From assembly GCA_963700635.1 (NCBI GenBank), contig CAVOYH010000004.1:672001-736000 (forward strand): a DNA stretch of 64,000 nt, written 5' to 3'. Of the stretch, positions 58,558 through 64,000 are shown in pieces. The notes beneath the pieces were generated by a model, which was given only the letters and a program-made list of their open reading frames with translations, had not been told where the DNA came from and did not search any database. The stretch comes from an uncultured Bacteroidota bacterium (GTDB taxonomy: Bacteria; Bacteroidota; Ignavibacteria; UBA10030; UBA6906). Position 1 is the stretch's first letter, and each line of letters opens with the position of its first letter. A program made the translations under genes and the position numbers.

Positions 58558-59382
58558 GTGACCGCTCACCAGTACGTTTGCGGGAGTCTGCTCTTCCTTT
58601 TCCCCTTCTCAGCAGACGCCGCGTTTGACCGGCTTGTTACCGGCGGGCGGCAGGCAGCCCTGGCCGGCGCGACGGTGGCCCTGGCGAGGGATCCCGGGGG
58701 AGGGTTTGGTAATCCGGCTGGCCTGCTCGGGCTCCCGGGATTCACCGTTGCAGCTACGGTGTCGCCGGCACTGTATGGAATTGAGGAGCTCCAGCATGCT
58801 GCCGCATCCGCGGTTCTTCCTGTTGTCTGGGGAGCAATCGGTGTGACGGCATCAACGATCGGCATCAGCGGGTACCGCGAAACTACGGCCGCTGTTACCC
58901 TTGCCGTGCATTGCGGCCGGGGGGCCGGTTTAGGATTCCGTCTGAATACACTCTGGCTGGGGATCACGGGGTACGGAAATACCATGGTGCCCGCCTGTGA
59001 TGCCGGATTCCATTACGTTGTGACCCAGTCGTTCGCCATCGGGTGCCTGCTTGCCAATGTCACCGGAACCCGACTCGGGCCGCAGCAGGAAGCACTTCCC
59101 CGGTCGCTTGAATGTGGTTTTGCCTTCGCCCCTCCGGATTCTCCGGTGATGGTGTGCGCCGCTGCCGCGAAGGAACTGTTGTCTCCGCTCGACTGGCGCA
59201 TAGGCGTTGCATACGGTCCGTACGATTGCCTGATTCTGCGAACCGGGATATCAACCGAACCTGCCTTCCTCTCAGGTGGTTTCGGAATCGTTGTGGCGCC
59301 TGTGGTGATAGACTATGCCGTCACCCACCACTGGCAATTGGGTCTGACGCATCATGTGTCCATCACCGTTGCTTTTGAGTAA
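58558..59382 (+). CDS. PorV/FadL-like outer-membrane beta-barrel, function unknown
   Basis: Signal peptide; GGR.AALAG..VA, NPAGL; alternating beta-strands; DYA..H..LG.TH.VS near the C-terminus; GGAGG RBS. Confidence 0.7.
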   Translation: MTAHQYVCGSLLFLFPFSADAAFDRLVTGGRQAALAGATVALARDPGGGFGNPAGLLGLPGFTVAATVSPALYGIEELQHAAASAVLPVVWGAIGVTASTIGISGYRETTAAVTLAVHCGRGAGLGFRLNTLWLGITGYGNTMVPACDAGFHYVVTQSFAIGCLLANVTGTRLGPQQEALPRSLECGFAFAPPDSPVMVCAAAAKELLSPLDWRIGVAYGPYDCLILRTGISTEPAFLSGGFGIVVAPVVIDYAVTHHWQLGLTHHVSITVAFE

Positions 59383-61357
59383 CTCCCGGCGGAGCGTCCG
59401 AACGGTGTGCGGGATCTTCCTCCTTGCTGCACCTCCCGGCGGTGTATGCGCCTGTTCCGATTCATTGTTCCGGGTATCCACCGAAACAACCGACCTCTTC
59501 GATGTTGTGGAGAGGTATGCGGCGGAGGAGAGCGGCCAGGATCTGTACGAAGATCTCCGCTGGCTGGTGGAACATCCTCTTGATGTGAACTCTGCAACCC
59601 TGGAGGATCTTCTCCGGATTCCCGGGATCATGCCATCCGATGCGCAACGCGTACTCCGGCTGCGCCGCCGGGTCGGGAAGCTCACCTCTCTGGATCAGAT
59701 CCGGCGAATGGGAGGGGGAGGGAGAGGACTCTACCTTCTCCTCGCTCCCTTTGTCCGCATAGGAACAACTCAACATTTCCCGCTGCGCACACGGTCACGC
59801 TGGTCATGGAAATGGGGACGGCGTGCCGAAGAGGCGCACAACCCATCTCTCGGTCCGGCTTCCCGCGAACACCATCGTCTTGACGTTCCCCTGTGGGAGG
59901 GTGTGTCGTGTGGACTACACATGGCCCGGGATGCGGGTGAACGATATGCCCATGCGTTTGTATCCGGGTATCTACGCACGCGCGGACTCCTGACGTTCGA
60001 CGACCTGATTCTGGGCGACTATACGGTCTCGACAGGGCTTGGCCTTGTCCTGAGCGCGGCAGGCCCGGGATTTGGCGCGGTGGCTCCGGCAGGTGGGAAG
60101 AGCATAGAAACCCGCATCGAGCCGTTCCATGGATCCACCGAGTGCAACGTGCTCAGAGGAATCGCCGCGTCAAAGCGTCTCCGGTTCCGGAGCGGAACGG
60201 TGCAGCTCCTGGGACTTTTCTCCCGTACACCCCTTTCCGCTTCGCTCGATGGGACCGGTGAAATTCTAACCATCGATACGGAATCGGCGTTCACAGAGGA
60301 AGCGGATCTTGTGCGGCGGAACGCTGTCAGCGAAACGACCACGGCCCTGCGGGGCGTCCTGTCGCTGCGAGACGGATTGAGCATGGGTACTACGGTTCTG
60401 TACGCGGAGCTTTCCCGGAAACACTCCGGGCAGGGGGCGTTCCCAAAACCGCACTCCTTCCTGACGGTCTCGCTCGATGGTGCTTTTGACCGGGGACCTT
60501 TGTCCCTATCGACGGAATGGGCCTGGACGAAAGGCGGGCTGGCCCTGTCCGGCCGATGCCACATGACCCTGACAGAGCAGACTTCGGTCGCCTGCACGTT
60601 CTGGTCGTACGGAGCTGGTTACTGGAGCAGCAAGGCGGGGGGGATAGGCGCTGCCTCTGAAACCCGCAACGATCGTGGGATTCATTTCTCATGGTCCGGC
60701 AGAATCGGTGACCTTGCCACGCTGACAGGGTTTCTCCAACATCATCACCGCCCGTGGCGAACCTATTTTGACCCTGTGCCGCCGTCCGGAATGGACTTCG
60801 CCGTTGGGGTCTCCGTGCGGGTGGGGGCGGGCGTTACGCTCGAGGCCCGCGTCGCCTCCGGCCGGAATGAGCAGGCGGATTCATATGTCACATCAGGCGG
60901 CATGCCGGGGGTCCGCATGGTCTCCGTGACCCGCAACCGGCTGCGATGCGGCGTGGACGTGAGTCTGGGTTCGGCCGCAGGAATCCGGTCACGCGTGGAT
61001 TGGTGTACTCTCCTGGCCCCGGGCGTTCATGGTGGAGAGAAAGGCTGGATGCTCCTTCAGGAAGCGCGGATTGTCTGGCCGGGTGTGATCCGGGTGTACG
61101 CTCGCGCTGCGCTGTACCAGACGGACTCCTACGCGTCGCGGTTGTACGCACAGGAGCGTGACGTTGAAGGAGTCTACTCGAATCCCCCCTATTACGGAAC
61201 AGGATTCCGGTGGTATCTGATGTTCCGTCAGGCCCTATCCGGAGGCGTCTCTCTTTCCGCGAAGTATTCCGTCTCGACGGGTAGTGGTGGCGTATTCATG
61301 CTGCCTGCAGACCGCGCACTGACCGTACAATTGGATTTTCGGGAGGCGGGGGACTAG
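59354..61357 (+). CDS. Helix-hairpin-helix (ComEA-like) domain plus outer-membrane beta-barrel protein; start uncertain
   Basis: PLDVNSATLEDLLRIPGI..A..R..G.L.SL HhH; DAGE, LILGDY..G.GLV, TDSY.SRLY..E. Confidence 0.8.
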   Translation: MCPSPLLLSNSRRSVRTVCGIFLLAAPPGGVCACSDSLFRVSTETTDLFDVVERYAAEESGQDLYEDLRWLVEHPLDVNSATLEDLLRIPGIMPSDAQRVLRLRRRVGKLTSLDQIRRMGGGGRGLYLLLAPFVRIGTTQHFPLRTRSRWSWKWGRRAEEAHNPSLGPASREHHRLDVPLWEGVSCGLHMARDAGERYAHAFVSGYLRTRGLLTFDDLILGDYTVSTGLGLVLSAAGPGFGAVAPAGGKSIETRIEPFHGSTECNVLRGIAASKRLRFRSGTVQLLGLFSRTPLSASLDGTGEILTIDTESAFTEEADLVRRNAVSETTTALRGVLSLRDGLSMGTTVLYAELSRKHSGQGAFPKPHSFLTVSLDGAFDRGPLSLSTEWAWTKGGLALSGRCHMTLTEQTSVACTFWSYGAGYWSSKAGGIGAASETRNDRGIHFSWSGRIGDLATLTGFLQHHHRPWRTYFDPVPPSGMDFAVGVSVRVGAGVTLEARVASGRNEQADSYVTSGGMPGVRMVSVTRNRLRCGVDVSLGSAAGIRSRVDWCTLLAPGVHGGEKGWMLLQEARIVWPGVIRVYARAALYQTDSYASRLYAQERDVEGVYSNPPYYGTGFRWYLMFRQALSGGVSLSAKYSVSTGSGGVFMLPADRALTVQLDFREAGD

Positions 61358-61411
61358 ATTATTCTGTGCGGTTGAAATTGTTGCGCGCTTTTCATTCATT
61401 ATATCGCTTTT

Positions 61412-61488
61412 GGCTACTCGGGCGGCACATTATATCCCTGCCGGGGAGGGCCACCCACGGTGAAATGATGGAGCTGGTCTGGATAGCC
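61412..61488 (+). other. Long imperfect hairpin in the mnmA 5' region (candidate structured RNA)
   Basis: Stacked pairings GGCTA/TAGCC, TCGGGC/GTCTGG, GGC/GCT, CATTAT/ATGATG, CCG/CGG and GGG/CCC, with several G-U pairs. Confidence 0.4.
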
Positions 61489-61527
61489 TGATGAAGAGAG
61501 GCGCAATGCAGGTTCGGGAAGGAGAAC

Positions 61528-62640
61528 GTGAAGTTGGCTGAGACGAAGAAAAGAGTTGTTGTCGCCATGAGCGGGGGTGTGGACTCTTCGGTGGCGGCGG
61601 CGGTTCTGGTGGAGCAGGGGTGTGATGTCGTGGGTATCACGCTAAAAACGTACCGCTACGAAGACGTCGGTTCGGTACCCTCAAACGAAAGCAGCTGCTG
61701 TTCGCTGGATGGAATAAATGATGCGCGGGGTGTCGCCGCACGCCTGGGGATTCCCCATTATGTTCTTGATTTCAGCGAGCCATTTGCCGAACGTGTCATC
61801 GACCCGTTTGTTGCCGAGTACCTGGCCGGACGCACGCCGAATCCATGCGTGCTGTGCAACCGGACCATCAAGTGGGAAGAATTGTTGAAAAAGGCCGATG
61901 CCCTCGGCGCAGAGTACGTTGCAACCGGACACTACGCACGCGTCGGGACCTGCGCAGATACCGGGCGGCTCTTTCTCTCAAAGGGGAAGGACAGTGAAAA
62001 AGACCAATCCTATGCGCTCTGGGGACTGACTCAGGAGTCGCTCCGGCGCACCCTGTTTCCCCTGGGAGACTATACAAAGGCCGAGGTGCGGGCAGCGGCG
62101 GTGCGGTTCGGGCTTACGGTGGCGGGAAAAGGGGAGAGTTACGAAATCTGTTTTGTACCTGACAACAATTACGAGCGGTTTCTGAAACACCGTGTTCCCG
62201 ATCTGGAGAAGAAAGTTCAGGGAGGGAAACTCGTGATGGATGGGATGGAAGTGGGCGAGCACCGCGGGTACCCCTTTTTTACCATCGGGCAGAGGCGGGG
62301 GCTGGGATTCGCGGCTGGAGAGCCGGTGTTTGTTACACGAATTGATGCTGCCTCAAACCGTGTGGAACTGGGAAGAGAAGGTGATCTCCTTGGAACCGGG
62401 TTAACGGCCTCACAGGTGAACATGATGAAGTACGAGAGTTGTCAGCCTGCCCGGCGTGTCCACGCCCGCATCCGCTCCCAGGATCCGGGTAAAAGCGCCA
62501 CCGTACGAACCCTGGATGGAGGCCGGATTGAAGTCCACTTTGATGAACCAAGACGGGCTATTACGCCGGGGCAATCCGTTGTGTTCTACGAAGACACAGA
62601 CGTGGTTGGCGGCGCGATTATCGATGAGGTCATGCGATAG
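61528..62640 (+). CDS. mnmA: tRNA 2-thiouridylase
   Basis: [41 protein letters not shown]. Confidence 0.97.
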   Translation: MKLAETKKRVVVAMSGGVDSSVAAAVLVEQGCDVVGITLKTYRYEDVGSVPSNESSCCSLDGINDARGVAARLGIPHYVLDFSEPFAERVIDPFVAEYLAGRTPNPCVLCNRTIKWEELLKKADALGAEYVATGHYARVGTCADTGRLFLSKGKDSEKDQSYALWGLTQESLRRTLFPLGDYTKAEVRAAAVRFGLTVAGKGESYEICFVPDNNYERFLKHRVPDLEKKVQGGKLVMDGMEVGEHRGYPFFTIGQRRGLGFAAGEPVFVTRIDAASNRVELGREGDLLGTGLTASQVNMMKYESCQPARRVHARIRSQDPGKSATVRTLDGGRIEVHFDEPRRAITPGQSVVFYEDTDVVGGAIIDEVMR

Positions 62641-64000
62641 TGATCAATGACCGTGTGCGTGCATATGTCCGGGAATTTTCGATTGATGATATATTCCGAT
62701 TCTCCTTTTCCCATCTGAAGGGAGATCTCGCCGGCGGTATTACATCGGCGGTGGTGGCGCTCCCCCTGGCACTTGGCTTTGGTATCCTCGCTTACGGGGG
62801 TGATCCCCGGGGGGCAATCGCCGGATTGTATGGGGCGATCTTCACGGGTTTTTTTGCGTCTTTTTTTGGCGGTACACCGCGGCAGATAACCGGTCCGACC
62901 GGCGGCATGACCGTAATTCTCACACTCGTATACAGGGATCTCGGAGGGCCGGAAGCCCTGCTTGGAGCATGTCTGATTGCGGGACTTCTGCAGATCAGCT
63001 ATGGTCTGATGAAGGTGGGCAGGTTCATCTCTTTTGTCCCCTATCCGGTTGTTGTCGGCTTTACGAATGGTATCGCAATCCTCATCTTCTCCCAGCAACT
63101 TTCCCTGCTTGCAGGGGCGCCGCTGCTGGCTGTGATTTCCCTGGGTGTCATTATTCTGGCACCGTACGTTCACCGGGGAATCCCCCGCGCTCTTGTCGGA
63201 CTGCTTGTCGGAACCACAATCGCCGCACTGGCCGCCGATCGATGGGAGGTGCTCCGGTGGTCATTTGACACACAGAGCCTTTCGTTTGTTGTTTCGGATA
63301 CGCTCCGGACCATCGGAGAAATCCCCCGGTCGTTTACATTCCCTGGACTTCCGAAACTTGATTGGTCCACCTGGAGCAGGTTGCTCCCCGCGGGGTTGAC
63401 CATCTCGCTCCTGGGAGCACTCGAGACCCTGCTGGCATCCGTGGTAGCTGACAGCATGACCGGTGATCGTCACAATAGTGACCGGGAGTTGATCGGGCAG
63501 GGGATAGGAAATTTTGTGGCAGGCCTGTTCGGCGGTATTGCGGGAACGGGTGCGATAGTCCGCACAAACGTGAACATTCGGGCGGGCGGAACTACAAAAC
63601 TCTCGGGCATGTCACATGCGCTTGTGCTCGTAGCCATCATGATGTTGTTAGCTCCGTATGTCAGTGCGGTACCCATGGTCGTGCTTGCAGCCGTCCTGAC
63701 GATGACGGCCGTCGGGATGTTTGAGTGGGAACCGCTTCGTTTGCTGCCGAAGACGCCGGTGCCGGACGGAGTGGTGCTCTTGCTCACGATGGTGATCACG
63801 GTGGTCGCAGATCTGATCACGGCCGTGCTGGCCGGATTTGCGCTTGCCGGTTTTCTTTTTGTCTACCGGATGAGCGAACTGGGTGTCACAAACCTGCTCA
63901 CGGCCAACCGGACGGGCGTCCTTGACCAGGAGAAGATGGATCTCCTGCGAAAGCACCGGATTATCGCGTACGATATCGAGGGTCCGCTCTTTTTTGGGGC
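62640..64000 (+). CDS. SulP-family anion transporter with the start of a STAS domain; runs off the window and is absent from the ORF track
   Basis: Frame opens at GTG 62640: KGDLAGGITSAVVALPLALGFG..AGLYGAI..GGT..QITGPTG; SDRELIGQG; ends IEGPLFFG. Confidence 0.92.
   Translation, partial: MINDRVRAYVREFSIDDIFRFSFSHLKGDLAGGITSAVVALPLALGFGILAYGGDPRGAIAGLYGAIFTGFFASFFGGTPRQITGPTGGMTVILTLVYRDLGGPEALLGACLIAGLLQISYGLMKVGRFISFVPYPVVVGFTNGIAILIFSQQLSLLAGAPLLAVISLGVIILAPYVHRGIPRALVGLLVGTTIAALAADRWEVLRWSFDTQSLSFVVSDTLRTIGEIPRSFTFPGLPKLDWSTWSRLLPAGLTISLLGALETLLASVVADSMTGDRHNSDRELIGQGIGNFVAGLFGGIAGTGAIVRTNVNIRAGGTTKLSGMSHALVLVAIMMLLAPYVSAVPMVVLAAVLTMTAVGMFEWEPLRLLPKTPVPDGVVLLLTMVITVVADLITAVLAGFALAGFLFVYRMSELGVTNLLTANRTGVLDQEKMDLLRKHRIIAYDIEGPLFFG

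Noticed and set aside
1-64000. CRISPR arrays, tRNA/rRNA, IS elements, prophage and anti-phage defence operons
   Set aside because: All intergenic gaps are short (at most about 215 nt) and showed no repeat-spacer pattern or cloverleaf; I recognised no transposase, phage or defence motifs.

Overview
Gene-dense bacterial chromosomal window, GC-rich by eye, with about 53 CDSs. I found no rRNA, tRNA, CRISPR array, transposase or prophage. The gene set (DUF2795, DUF4835, TonB receptor, PIG-L/SSS cassette, HPr kinase) together with E. coli-like sigma70 promoters and Shine-Dalgarno sites points to an Ignavibacteria-like member of the FCB group (inference). Layout: (1) 1-8.5 kb: M64 peptidase with a 1-nt frameshift, DUF2911, a PIG-L / small membrane protein / SSS cassette, and two unknown envelope proteins. 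(2) 8.6-14 kb: an orphan receiver plus a PEBP protein, convergent with a receiver-fused PEP-synthase-like dikinase that is itself divergent from a PPi-type phosphofructokinase. (3) 14.1-32.5 kb: a uronate-polysaccharide locus without SusCD (heparinase II/III-like protein, two URO-D-like proteins, HAD, RhaM, beta-helix enzyme, kduD, eda-VOC, GH88, DUF4861, kduI, kdgK, SSS), interrupted by tex. (4) 32.5-64 kb: mostly housekeeping genes (lysS, TBDR, GT2, ctpA, ybeY, smg, topA, xerC, hpf, hprK, M23, BamA/TamA-like, holB, metG, TatD-radical SAM fusion, GT9, DUF4835, HhH barrel, mnmA, partial SulP). The best novelty candidates are a possible phosphorelay built on the dikinase with no histidine kinase, and the URO-D-like enzymes embedded in the glycan locus. 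All family calls come from recognising motifs by eye; no database search was run.
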